From: Balanoglossus misakiensis
Taxonomy: Eukaryota > Animalia > Hemichordata
Direction of reading: 5' to 3'
Assembly: GCA_040954595.2 (NCBI GenBank)
Contig: CM082576.2
Coordinates: 9,055,129 to 9,119,128 of the forward strand
Length of the DNA stretch: 64,000 bases
Shown here: one piece after another, positions 38,001 to 50,633 of the stretch
Layout: each line of letters opens with the position of its first letter
How positions within the stretch are numbered: position 1 is the stretch's first letter
Position numbers and translations under genes: made by a program
Notes under the pieces: generated by a model
What the model saw: only the letters and a program-made list of their open reading frames with translations
Told to the model about the DNA's origin: nothing
The model's database searches: none

Positions 38001-41000
38001 TTCTAGTGATTGAAAGATGCTTTTTCAGATATTTTTTAAACATGTATGATTATTATGTAACACACACACATTCATACACAAATATCACGGCCAAGCACAT
38101 GGCAGTTCATCGACAATGCCAATCTGTATTAAACACTGAATTGATGGAAAACTGTAGGAATCATGCTTGCAACACAACTGATTGAACAAACTACATTTCC
38201 CTTTCATTTAATAAGTGATCACACTGCCTACATTTTAGCTACCACACAGCGTTCTTAGATAGATATTCTTCCATAGGCAAAGATAGTTGATCATGAACAA
38301 CAAATCGATCCAAACAAGGAGTGCCCAAACATGCGCACATTTTCACGAGCTGAGAACTATTTGCTATTAAACCAATAAGTTGTATGTTTAAAACTTTGTG
38401 GGAGAGACTTCTTTTGACATATTTGATGAGTTCACTCCATGAGCACATCCCTGTGAGATCCAGCAAAGCAGATCAACACAGCTACCTCACGTCATGCATG
38501 CATCAAGAAAACTGCGATGCCTCCTCATTCAAAATAGTCACACTCTCCAACACTACATTTCCACGTACATCCTTTCTGTACAAAGGTCTATTTGCAATCT
38601 CACATGCAGACATTCCTATGTTAGTCACACTTCTAAGTTCTAAGCCTACCATGAGTGTCAATCTCATGCAGTTTTCTGCATAATGCACACTTTCTCATGC
38701 TTTTGCTAGTTCAATCTTCAGTTCATGGGCAACGTACTACATACCGCATATTCCTGCCAATGTTCCCAACGATCTGCCCATGGAATCTAGACATTATATT
38801 GCCCAGAAAAGATGCAAAATTATAAAAAAAGCTGCTATTTCACACAGAATGGTGAATGGAGGTTCCACTAAAAGTCATGAAAGTAGTGAACAGCATTGAA
38901 AAGCAATTGTAAACTAAAATGAAGATACCGATATAATTTTTCCTGATACTTTACGAATTAACACAAAGGTCATGTATTTAGTCTCCATATAACATATAAC
39001 CAAATTAACATCCTGAATGACAAGATTGCTGTTACACTGCAAGGATTTACCTGTCATTCAAATTTACCACATTTGAAATCAAACCCTCCCACCACGATAC
39101 TTTTGGTCTGATCCCACTGTTTTCAATGGTGTGGTTGGATACATACACATGGAATTGGGGATGGAAGGATCAATGCACAGTGAAGGGTGTATAAACTTTG
39201 ACTGGACTCTATGGCTGCAGTGACGAAAATCAGTCTGACTGTTTTGATTAGCAGCCTTGCAGATTTGTGAAGCACCAACTGTGAGAGTATCACCCACCTT
39301 CTCAAAGACTTCATGATCACTGAAAGCCATCACTTTGTACGCACCACGGATCTTCTTGACTGCAACATAATGCAAAAGAAATAAGCAATATGAGACGCGA
39401 TATAACAAACACCAGAAATCACTGCTTTCCTTCTTCATTGGGTGCAATCATGAAATCAACATTACCAGTCGAGAAAGCAGTCTGATAACATAATCATTAT
39501 ATGAAAGTGAAAATTCACTAAGAACTCAATGTGTACTCTGATGTGCGATGGAATATTACATATGACTCTTGAGGGAATCTTACCTCCAGGGTAGAGAAGT
39601 GGGGCCAGGTTGACGTAGGCAACACCGTGGAAAAATATGGGAGTTTCATCTTCCTGTTATCAAAGGAACATTGAAATTATTTATTATAAGACATTGACCG
39701 AATTTGCCATTGTATGCTGTTTGGGACAGTGGCAAATAATATACTGGAAATACTTGATTTCCTATAAACTTAATTTTGAGCTCAAGACAACCAACGCCAA
39801 AATATATTGGCTATCTGGATGTCTGGAAAAGCACAACAACAACACAGTAACAGGTCTTTTGACATTGCAAAAACGAAAGCACACAGTATACATGTACATC
39901 ACAACTCTTGCTACGATAGTTTTCCCGAGAAAATACATACATTTTTACTCAAAAAATTTGAAATGATAATAAGATTTGTGGAGAGAGCAAAACCCTACAA
40001 CTAAAGAAAATGAAAGCAAAATGCACTTCATTGCAAAATTAGACTACTAGTATTAAATGTAGAATAAAGTGGTGAGATTGTGTGGGAAAGAAATGAGACT
40101 TACGCGTGCACTAGCACTACCCTACACCAAGAAAGCAAAATGAAAAAAAAATGTTAACTTAAGAAAAACTGGTGATTATATAAAGAAAACAGTGTGAATG
40201 GTTAAAAATGTTGATGATAACTGATATACACTAAAAACCTGTCATGAAATGACGTATTTCATTTTCGAGTAGAATATCGTTTATAAAAGCTTTTCCGCAA
40301 CATTGTTCTCAGTGCTTTTGTTGTTTAATTTAGACAGGTTTTTATTGTACTTTTAAACTGTGGTTTAGATGATGTTGCTAATGAACAAAATTAAAGATGT
40401 GCTGTTGATAACGTACAATGGCTTTATAAAAATAATGATGGAAATGGTAAAGGTTTGCATGTGCAAGTGAAATTAATAAATGGAACAGATTTGCAATTGT
40501 CAGAGGGCAAAGGGTTAATGTACATTAAAACATCGCAACATACCGACTTTCCTTTGCCCTTTGTAGCAGTTGGTACAGGGGTTCTCATGATCTCCACTGG
40601 CCACACTCTGGTCTGGGCGATCTTGTTTTGAAAGCTGTTGACAGTGGGATAAAATTGCAAACCACAGAGATGTTCGTTCCATTACTTTTGAAAGCAATAC
40701 GTTAAGTTTTTGTGTTTGAACATACATGTATTTCATAGTCAGGCTATCACCATTCTGTGATGATACATTAATGATACATGTTGGACACAATATTCAACTC
40801 TGAAGGACGCTTGTAGCTAGGAGGTGGCAGACGCATTGGTGTGTGCACTGCCATCAGAATTGCTTATTTCCCATCAAATGATAGTTACAAACCTCTGCAC
40901 TGCAGCAGGATCCATAAAACATCTCCTCTCCACATTCCATGTGACTCTGGTCTTTTCTGTCTCTGCTTCAGTTCGGAAGTCTCTGTCCTGAAATGGTCAC

Positions 41001-44000
41001 AGGTTGAACTTGTTAAAAGAGTCCATTCCTTACATGCTATTTTGTACAAATGTATTTCATTTTAACAACACTATACAATACAGACTGTTTATCCATTTCC
41101 AAATTTAACTTTCTGTGAATTTATTACACCTCACGTATTATACCATATTCGTGATTGGCTGAGACGCGCTCACGTGATATAGAAAAAAAAGTGATATAAC
41201 ATGGCTAGAGTTGATAAAGCCCTGTCGCGTGCGCTGATATTGCCCGCTGGGTTGTTTTGTGTTCTGCGCGCGACTTCTGCGCGTTCCAAACTGTCGTTCA
41301 ATGGCTTCCTCCACGATCAGTCAACTCCCGCATCTATGGCTTCAAAGCGACACATAGGCTTAACACCTGTTCAACTGGACGATATTTTACCACAAACGGA
41401 CAGTAAATACAACAAAATCGCAACCAACAGTGCAGTATTTTCAAAATAATCTAAGTTCGAAGTAGGTATCGTATAATTCTTGGGAGATCGAGAAATTTTA
41501 CATTCTCAGCAACGTACGACATATGGACGCGCGTCTACGTTCTTCTATGCCTGCCTTGTATGTACGTTCAAATGTTCGGCGTAATAAAATTAATAACACA
41601 TGATGCTCGGGCAACATCACGATTTGAAGCCTGCCCTCGGGCTGGTGATCTCTGACCACAATATTGATGATACCCTCGCCTGCGGCTCGGGCATCATCAA
41701 TATTGTAGTCAGAGATCACCATCCCTCGTGCAGGCTTCAAATCGTGATATTGCCCTCGCTATCATGTGTTATTATTTAAATATTGTTGGTTAGTGCACCC
41801 GTGTTAAAAAGTGATCTTGCCTCTTTTGATGTGAAATCACCATCCTCTTCCTCATAGTTGCTGGTTGGTACATAACTGAAATGAGAAAAAATACAATATT
41901 ACACAAATCAAATGAACAAAAATCTGCCATGAGTTGTGATGACAATCCCACAATGCACTGATTGGTTTGAGATAGTATACAGCACTTTACAGAAATGATG
42001 TAACAGTTGATTTCAAGAGAAAGAAAATGCCAGTTGTTGCCAGCCTTACCTGTCTGGGATGTAGACAGCACCACCTTGGGCATTGCCAGGAACACACCAT
42101 TTCTTCTGCCGGGTCGGAAGGTCTTTATCCGTGCCTGCTTTAATGACTCCATTGGTCGCCACCACCGTTGTTTCTTTCTGTGTCAGAAAATAAACAGCAA
42201 AACTTTACCGTGTTGTCTGTAGTGATACAGATCTGTGTAGTATTAAAATTGTACTTTTTTGGAATGAGAACATTTTAAATGACTGCAGTCAGAGAAAAAA
42301 AGAGTGTGAACGCATTCTGACGAAATAAAAAGATGCTTATAACAAGAGCACACCCTGACAAGTAACCTGAACATGTACACACACACAAACTGTACCTTGG
42401 GGGTACATTTTCTATCTCCGAAAAAACTCAGGTACAAAAATATCTGCGATTGCCACAAAAAATCCAACTTTACCTCAGCTGTTATTGGAACTGGCAGTGT
42501 CACATTATAAATGAACGGCGCACCGGTTGGGTTCCAGACTTCTGGCACGGAGTAGACAGATTCGACCGTCACTGTCAGGAGATTGACATCCTTGAGTACT
42601 TCTTCCGTCAACAGCGGTTCAGTCACTGAGACCACCACGTCAAGCTCAACCTGGAAATAAGCGGCAAAGCGTACGCCATCATCATCAAAATCAAGAGTTT
42701 GCGCTAGCGGAGTTTATTGACTTGCTATTTATGAACCGAACTGACTGTAATAAAACACTCATGCAGGAATCTATGCCAGTATTCTAGATATAATAATTGA
42801 TTAACACAATAAAGCGAGATCTGTCTAGAACCAGATCATGACTAAACTGGACACCTGCCCATAATGAAGACGTTTCATATGGGACATTCAGGAACCTGCT
42901 GTATCTTGGTCCCTTGATTGGCATCCAGTTTAGATCTGCAGGTCTAACTGGACCTTTCTAGTATGGGTACCATCGTAATAATAATATTACTAGTAACATC
43001 ACTCAGGTGTGTGTTACTGATCATTGCACTCATGGCTGCCTCTTGCTAAATATCCTGATGTGAGTCTGTTTACAGACTACACATTTTTACTATGCGATAT
43101 CTCATACATCATGTACCTCACACAAGAATTCATCAGCTGGATGTGCAGAGAAATATGACCGTATTTCAATTTTATCCTTGGTGAATACTCTCATGCGGGA
43201 TTGTCGATCAATGGGATGGAGAAGAACCAACCATGAAATAGAATGTAACAATGCAGACAGTACCCATGCATTGGAAAGGTCTTAGCTTTGTGTTAATAGT
43301 GTTATGTATGTCCCATACTAGCGGGATCTAACATACCTTACCAATGAAATTGGTTATGGTCTTTATATAGACCATATTAATTAATGATTGAAATTGTCTG
43401 TTCTGTAAAGTTAGTAAGTAACCACAGATATAGTGGACCCATTATACTTTGTACCAATGTAATTTTGCACAGAATAAAACGTACATTTAGCTGGTACAAT
43501 TGTATAAGAAAACACAGTAAAAGTCCATGTAATAAATGGGTCTACTAGTCTGCGGTCTAACCAAACTTTGCAAGGCATGCTACTTGTATTATCATGTCAA
43601 TTATTTACCTAGAGGGGGGTAGAAGGAACGAACATGCTATTATCTGTGTTAAAACCCTTTCACAATCACCACGGTTTAGTCCATTCCTATTGTTTCCAAT
43701 GGTGAGGACAGACCGTTGCATTTGGAGAAGGGAGTGAAAGAGTCATGGTATTAATGTTGGCAAGCATTTGTTTCATGCGGTATTACAAAATATGGATGCA
43801 AGTCAATCGACTTAGGATGCTTTGAATGAAACTCATGCAGTGTGTTAAAATCATTCTACTATGAAAATGCAATGAAATTATCGAATGGTTGGATAACTCG
43901 GAAAAAAATATGTATCGGTCTCCAGATTTAAAGGGGTAAAGCTGCCACTTCATGAGTGTTGTTTGGTTGCTTTTGTTTCAAACAAAATCACCAAACTACT

Positions 44001-46197
44001 GTCAGAAAATGGTGACTTTGCCCCCCTTATTAACACATAGATACATTTGTACCATAGCAGGGTGGGCTATGTGGGGAGAAAGGTAATAGGCAAAAAAACT
44101 GCAACTATGCTGCAGGATACGGCACTGTGCAATAGCTGGCTTGTAAGTATTTGTACTGTTGTCTGAAATTCTAGTCTTTGTTTTTACCTGAAACGTTATG
44201 GAGGGCTGTCAGAAGTTGGAAAATAAAGTAGAGAGGAAGTGTTAGTGGTCCATCACACTTCTGATGCACAATAAAATGCTCTCAGAGCACTGACATCAAG
44301 TTCAAGCTCAAAGATGTCACATATGACCTCAACATTCAAAATGGATCATGAAAAACATGACTTAATTTTCCTTTTTTGGATAATTCACAAAATCACTGTA
44401 ACTGCCACTTCTAATCCTGAATGAATCAAGAAAAATCTAAAGTAGTGGTTTTGATGTTTGTCTTGTCTAGTATATTCTAGCACAGGTACATGCATAATCA
44501 TGTACTGCAGGACTGGCTATCAGTTTCAGGTGACAGACACGATACAATTCCAATAAGTTGTCTGAGAGATTTCAGAAACAGGACTTCTAATGGTAATTTT
44601 GGTGATGCAGAGTCTCTGTTTTGCTAGAAATACAAAGAATGGTGATTACAGGAAAAAAAACAGATACAGAGCAACTTTAACATTATTTGAAGTTTCATTT
44701 TAAGACATGAACCTGATCATGCAACCACTGGTGAGATGTCTGGTTGCAAGTGGATTTCCTTTTAAAGCCCTGATCAAATTATCAGTTATGTGACTAAGAC
44801 GATTTAACAATTATAGTGTGTTTTTCTTTACTTCTGTAATTGCAGGCACTTGCAAGACCTCAGATTTGTATTTTTCACACATGAGATCAGTAATGAATTG
44901 TTAAGAATTTTGCCCACAAAAAAGCTACAACATGCAATGTAGGTGTGGCATACCAGCTTCCATGGAAAACCAAAGCAAAAATACTTTGAAAAAGACCGTT
45001 CAATATTTACCTTCGCCTGATCAGGTGGTGCTGTCTCCAGTGGTGACCCAGGTAGTGGATGCACCACCAAAGTACATTTGTATTTATTTTCTCCCTTGAG
45101 CAGAGGGAGAAGATCCACGGTACTCTGACCCAACAGCAGTGTCTTTTCCTCCTTCTGTTTCTTTTCCTTTGGGAGCACTTCAATGACGGTCACTGAAAAT
45201 TGAGGATCGGAATCCAAGGGTAGAACGTTAGGAAGACTTGCAATTGTAATAGTAAGCAAAAGACATGACAAATTGTTGCATACTTTTTAAATTACCAGTA
45301 CCGGTACTGTCAAAATGTGTTATTGCTTAGCTGTATATTTTCAATGTTTGCCTACCAAGCATAAGTCTGGATTTGAAATTGCTGGCCATAAAAAAACTTT
45401 GTCAGTGTACACATAGACAGTAGAAGGGAGATATCCTCCTGCTTTCTATGGTACGCAGAATCATAATTCTACTGAAAAATATATTTCAAAACCTTGTTGG
45501 CTATTTTGCTAAACTCTACAGCCTAAACCTACAATGGTGTACTTTGACAGCAACAGCTGGCCATTGCATGGCATCTGCTCATGTACATGTACATATTATG
45601 CTTACCCATGACAGGCTTGTAAGCGATCTCGTCCAGAGTGATGGGATCATCAAAGGTGCACTCCAATCTCGCATTGTAATTGTATTCAGTTGGGACATCT
45701 GCAGTCGACTCCACTTTTGGAGATTCACCCAAACTTTGATTGTTGTACTCCACGCGAACGAGTGAGTTAAGGTTATCACCTTTGGATCCCCTCTACAAAA
45801 TAATTACAAAAAGTTAATATTATTAGCAAAAGGGGAATGGGATGATATTTTAGTAGTTCTAAATGTAATGCTAACTTGAGTCTTATTCCAAAACTGAATA
45901 TTTGTTTGCTGATGAGGTACGAAACCATGAGCTTGCCAATATTTGAAACCACACAAGGTGTTTTGCATGGCAGTGATGGGGACATCAGTCATCAGATGCT
46001 CATAAAGCATCCCTGTACAAACTGTCGTAGTGGGAACTATCCACAATGCATCCATGACCCCCCCCCCCCCCCACAGAACAATTGGGCAGTCCCTAAGTAG
46101 TAAAATGAGCGTGACTTACCAAATTCCTAGCTCTCATCACAGTGATGTTGATATATTCAGGTGGCCTAACCTTAGGCCCTTCATCTTCCGATGCCAT
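29072..46197 (-). CDS. CFAP70: Cilia- and flagella-associated protein 70 (TTC18; N-terminal C2-like region, C-terminal TPR repeats), ~25 coding exons
   Basis: Start exon 46120-46197 ([26 protein letters not shown]); 45606-45792 (LGESPK...LDEIAYKPV); 45011-45192 ([16 protein letters not shown]...VDLLPLLKG); 42474-42650; 42050-42177; 41821-41875; 40893-40987 ([11 protein letters not shown]); ~40544-40634 (RVWPVEIMR); ~39583-39653 ([16 protein letters not shown]); further exons include [15 protein letters not shown] and [12 protein letters not shown]; TPR exons ([16 protein letters not shown]; [19 protein letters not shown]) ending VGFGDPQF* at 29072. These motifs match CFAP70 as I recall it. 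Confidence 0.93.
41121..41774. mobile_element. Non-autonomous Crypton-like element with a long terminal hairpin, in a CFAP70 intron
   Basis: TTATTA direct repeats at both ends (41121-41126, 41769-41774); ~184 bp near-perfect palindrome at 41591-41774 with CTCG/CTCG mismatch bubbles and a CTCGCCTGCGGCTCG apex; GC-richer than the flanks. Family assignment is inferred. Confidence 0.55.
43407..43570. mobile_element. Degenerate MITE-like inverted-repeat element
   Basis: Imperfect inverted ends AAAGTTAGTAAGTAACCACAGATATAGTGGACCCATT / AATGGGTCTACTAGTCTGCGGTCTAACCAAACTTT. Confidence 0.4.
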
Positions 46198-46569
46198 TGC
46201 TCAGGTCTGCAGCAAATCAGACAAGGTTGTGTGTTTTTTTACGTCTATGATTGAATGTATTGATTAGCATTGCACAGTCGGTTGTGTGATCGATGCCTTC
46301 GGAAAATCGCTTATGATTAATTCGACCGAACTTTAACACATACGACATAAATGTGCAAATATGTTGGTAAAATTAACGGATAACTGCAATCACCACCACA
46401 TTTTAAAGGTAAACAACATGCTGTGTACAAATCATCAAAAGCTACCGAGTTGCCTTTGACTTGGTGGCATTTGATCGAGCGCGTCGGGCGCAATGTTTTA
46501 TTTTCAGGAGCTCGAAAAAATGTATATTGGCGATAAATGACTTTGTCGTTCACATTTCTTGAACAGAAA

Positions 46570-46888
46570 ACCTACCTATTTCTGGAAACCCTTCCTATTC
46601 CAACAAATATCCGCTATTCACAACGTTAGGACCTGTCTCCAGTATCAACAACCCCGGTCGCTACAAGTTGCCATAGAAATGTACATTGACGCATGCGCTA
46701 TGACCTGATTTCACCCAACCCGGAAGTACATCAATATAAACGTGAGTCAGTACGGTGTGCTGTCTGTTTCAGCAAATTTTTAGTGTTTGTTCATATTTAA
46801 CACCCGCCATTCTCGCCAAACTGTATTGCACGGTAGAGCAGAATCATTTGGCCGTTTTATTTAAATTCTACCACTTACAGAAAGAAAG
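46570..46888. promoter_or_regulatory. Bidirectional promoter of CFAP70 and DTD1
   Basis: Divergent ATGs ~690 bp apart (46197 minus, 46889 plus); CFAP70 non-coding first-exon donor near 46575; RFX X-box-like GTTGCCATAGAAAT at 46667-46680, NRF1-like GACGCATGCGCT at 46688-46699, ETS CCGGAAGT at 46720-46727. Confidence 0.75.
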
Positions 46889-49376
46889 ATGAAGGCCATA
46901 GTTCAACGAGTAATGAAAGCAAGTGTGACAGGTAGGTCATTCAATGTCATTGCCCCTCCCCCCAGTTAATCAGTGTGTTTTAATATGCCTAACAACGTCA
47001 CTTTTAAAAATGGACAGAATACATATGGAATTTGGATGCAGCTTTATTTCATATTCAGTATTCCTGTCACTGTCACACATGGACCAGATGGCTAGGATAG
47101 TGCAATTTTACAGATATGCATACTGTAAGATTTTGAAGTTAATCAGCTAGGCCATATTACCATGGCACAGTTATTGTGTCAAAATTACTTGCTTGTCAAT
47201 ACTGCAGTCACTGCTACATTTTCCATACTGAGCTTTGACTGTATAGTAATTCCACCCTCATTGTATGTGTTAATTCCTTCAGTTGGAGATGAGCTCATAA
47301 GTTCCATAGGTCGGGGATTGTGTGTGCTGGTTGGTATCTCCGTAACTGACACACAGAAAGAAATTGAATTCATGTAAGTACAGCCAATATCTCTGGTACA
47401 TATTATTCAGTTTTAAATGCAGAGACCAAATCAAACAGAATCTCTGCTTTTTCTTCAAACATTTGATTAGTGACGTTAGAGGTATGTGGATGCACATAGC
47501 TTTAACTCTTACATGTGCACTGAATTTCCAAAAAAATAAGAATTTAATATACAGTTGCTTGTTCAGCAACTTTTTTTGTGTGGTTTTGCTCTTCAGGGTT
47601 AGAAAAATATTAAATCTGAGGATATTTGAAGATGAGAACCAGAAGAGATGGATGAAGAGTGTTAAAGATAAAAATTATGAAATATTATGTGTGAGCCAGG
47701 TAAGACAGCACATCAGTTTTGTCAGCCTTTTCAGCATACAATAGACTAACTCAGTAGTTGTTTCTCATTTTTAATGGTAGTAAATTCGAGGATTTATCTC
47801 TCATGTTGTATACTGACTAACACACACCTGTGCCTGTCAGCCAGTTCAGACATGACTACTGAACAAAAGGACAAATTATCACAATACCTGTCCATAGAGG
47901 GCGCGCACACTACCTATCTGTTGGCTGACATGATATGCAGTGATGATTGCCTACCTGGCTACCAGAACTTTACCAAGATTGACTCTTGATTCAAGCTGCA
48001 AAGAAATAAACCTTGTAATGGGAGCAAAGAAAAACAAGCTCTGTTCGTCTCGTCTCCAATCATCAAAAGTTCTTTATTTACCTATTTTTCAGTGACGCAC
48101 AAGTCACAATATTCAAGGTAACACATTGTAATACTTTGTACAGAGAATAAAACATATCCTATGTGAAGGCCACTACAGCTCAAGGTGTCTGAGTATTATT
48201 ATTGTACTTCTGGCTGTATCTCCAGATCTAAAAAGCGTAATTTGATGCACTTGCATTAAAATCATTGTGAAAAATTTCAGTGTTTCACCTTGAACTGTAC
48301 AGGCATTCGCACAGGCCTTTGTATTCTCCAAACAGAAAATGTTATCCCAAAGGTAATTTGTGCGTCAACAAAATCTCGGTAAATAGAGATCTATTGACAT
48401 TTTTTAGAGACTTTTCAAATAAACTTGTACATTTAGTTAGGTGGACACTCTTCAGAAGACGCTTTCTAAAAATGGCATCCAGGGCATTCTAATGGTTGCA
48501 TTATTACCTCCTTATTTTCACGAGTAAAGATCTAAAGAATACTTTCACTTTTACTCCCCAAACTTTTCTTCCTATCTGTCTTTCTTCCCAACCACACCGT
48601 TTACACTATGCAGTACTTTGAAAGGAAACAAACCAGATTACCATTTAGCGATGGGTGGCGACGAATCCCAGGCATTCTATGAACAGTTCATGGCGGCACT
48701 GAAAAAGGAATACAAACCTGACCTTATAAAAGGTAATCACTACATTGCTAATTGTGCACACACACGCATTCCACATGAGAAATATTTTATTTGTTGAAAA
48801 TCGGCACCTGAGATGAAATCCATATCTGCCTTTTTTGAAAACTTTCATAGATACCCATCATTCTCCAGCGACCAGGTAAATATATTTTTACAGACTTCCT
48901 ATTTACATGACATTTTCTTGCAATGACTCACAGGCATGTCTGTTGCACTCCTAGAATAATTCAATAAAACATCCAGGGAAGTAGCTCAAACATACCAAAT
49001 TTCTGAGAATTTAGTATAATACTAGTAAAACTGTCTCAGTGTAATGGCCTCACAGGTGCCCCTCCTGTCCTAACACTGCCCTCTAGAGGACACATTTTAT
49101 TACCCAGCTACATTGTATAAGATGTGATATATGGAGGCTGCTCAGCCAGTTCACGTCTCATGCTTCCACTCATTTCACCAAGCCAACATCACAGGATACT
49201 ATAAATTAAACTGAGTAGACATTCCAGACTGCACTTTATGAATTTTTCATTTTTTTTTTCAAATACCAGATGGCAAATTTGGAGCATATATGCAAGTTCA
49301 TATTCATAACGATGGACCTGTCACCATTCAATTAGACAGTCCCGTTCGGAAACAGACTACAGAAAAACAAAAAAAT
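46889..49376 (+). CDS. DTD1: D-aminoacyl-tRNA deacylase 1 (core exons; 3' end unresolved)
   Basis: Exons 46889-46931 (MKAIVQRVMKASVT), 47283-47373 (VGDELISSIGRGLCVLVGIS), 47597-47699 (VRKILNLRIFEDE...LCVSQ), 48600-48732 (FTLCSTLKGNKPDYHLAM), 49270-49376 (DGKFGAYMQVHIHNDGPVTIQLDSP). SQFTL and NDGPVT (Gly-cisPro) signature motifs are present. Confidence 0.96.
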
Positions 49377-50583
49377 GTAAGTATCTAATGTTTTAATTGA
49401 AGTAATAAAGTAAGATGGTCTCAGTCTTTCATCTTATCTGGACTTTAAATGTTGTGTTTGAATCTTGGTATAACTGATTTTTAAAACCAAGTTCCATGGA
49501 TGTCTGATTGATGAGAGATGGTTCAAATGACAGTTATATTTGACATATTTTTTGATCTTCAGAAATCTGGTAATTTTATTCTTTAATTGCATTAAACAAA
49601 TTGATGATTCAAATGTTCATTTATAGAGGAGGTGTGAAGTACCAGCCTGACCCACTCCGTGTTTAACATCTGATAGAATAATAATAATTGTTGTAGGTGA
49701 AGATACAAAGTGCAGGCTGTCTTGTAACCCCTGCCATTAAATGTGATAGCTCTGGAACAAATTACTACCTTGGGGAGTGATTATTGATAATAGTACGTGT
49801 ATACAAGCATCATAAATTTTGACATATTAAAGTATGGTTTTCTGAATTGATGTATATACATGCATAATTCAAATTGTTGTCATTTTTGAAAACAAGACTG
49901 TTCGGGTCGTTGGAAAATAATCTCAACGATTTCTTTAAATCTGGGCAGTCATCTTCCACTATTGCCTTCTGCAGTAAACAGTTCTGTAAAACAAATGTAG
50001 ACAGACATCGGGGTTAAAAAGTCACAGCAATGAAAGCCCTGCTTTTTTATGAGAACAAGCACAATCTTGCCCCCGCTGACCTGCGCAATATGTTGTGTAT
50101 TGTCCGTAACTGATTACAGCTGACAAGACTGCCCTCTGGAGCCCATTTATATACAGATGTGTAGAGCTTTCGCAGTCTTACCCTTTTCAAGATCGTATCG
50201 CCAAATGAGAGCTCCTTCAGCACGCTATATGTCATTCACCCGTCGTTTGCGTAATTCATTTGGATGCACATTTTCTCCTTTAGTTAAATTCTCGAAAAGT
50301 CTGTGTCAAGTAGGGCGCATCAGAGGATAATGTCGGAAAGCTGATGTTGTCTTCTCTGCCGCTCGGCCCATTTTCTCCCTTTTTGACTCAGGTGTGGTAC
50401 AGCCCTGTGAGAGTTATTGCCTGTCAGTTGCCATCGGCTCAGACCAGGCCCTTGAAAAAGCGTTCGCTGTTTTGCTTTCGGGGCAAACTATGCGTTATTC
50501 CACACTTGGGAAAACACCGGTAGAATTGGAGTGTTTTACTCCAGAGGCCGCGTGGAATTCCACTGCACCTGATCTTGAAAGTT

Positions 50584-50633
50584 TCCAAAATTGATGGCTT
50601 TGATGAGACTGTCCAAAATTGATGGCTTTGATG
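50584..50633. repeat. 28-bp-period direct repeat containing CTTTGATG
   Basis: TCCAAAATTGATGGCTTTGATG at 50584-50605 and again at 50612-50633. Confidence 0.85.

Noticed and set aside
43930-44420. Possible Kolobok-like element starting TTAAAGGGG
   Set aside because: No convincing matching right TIR or TTAA TSD; may be a decayed repeat but cannot be supported from sequence alone.
47936-48000. Possible intronic C/D box snoRNA in DTD1 (GTGATGA with TGCAG/CTGCA ends)
   Set aside because: No properly placed CTGA D box and no recognisable guide sequence.
50392-50523. Alternative DTD1 terminal exon after a good acceptor (ttttgactcag|GTG TGG...)
   Set aside because: The phase-0 peptide shows no similarity to DTD1 tails and no coding-like codon bias; cannot be excluded without RNA data.
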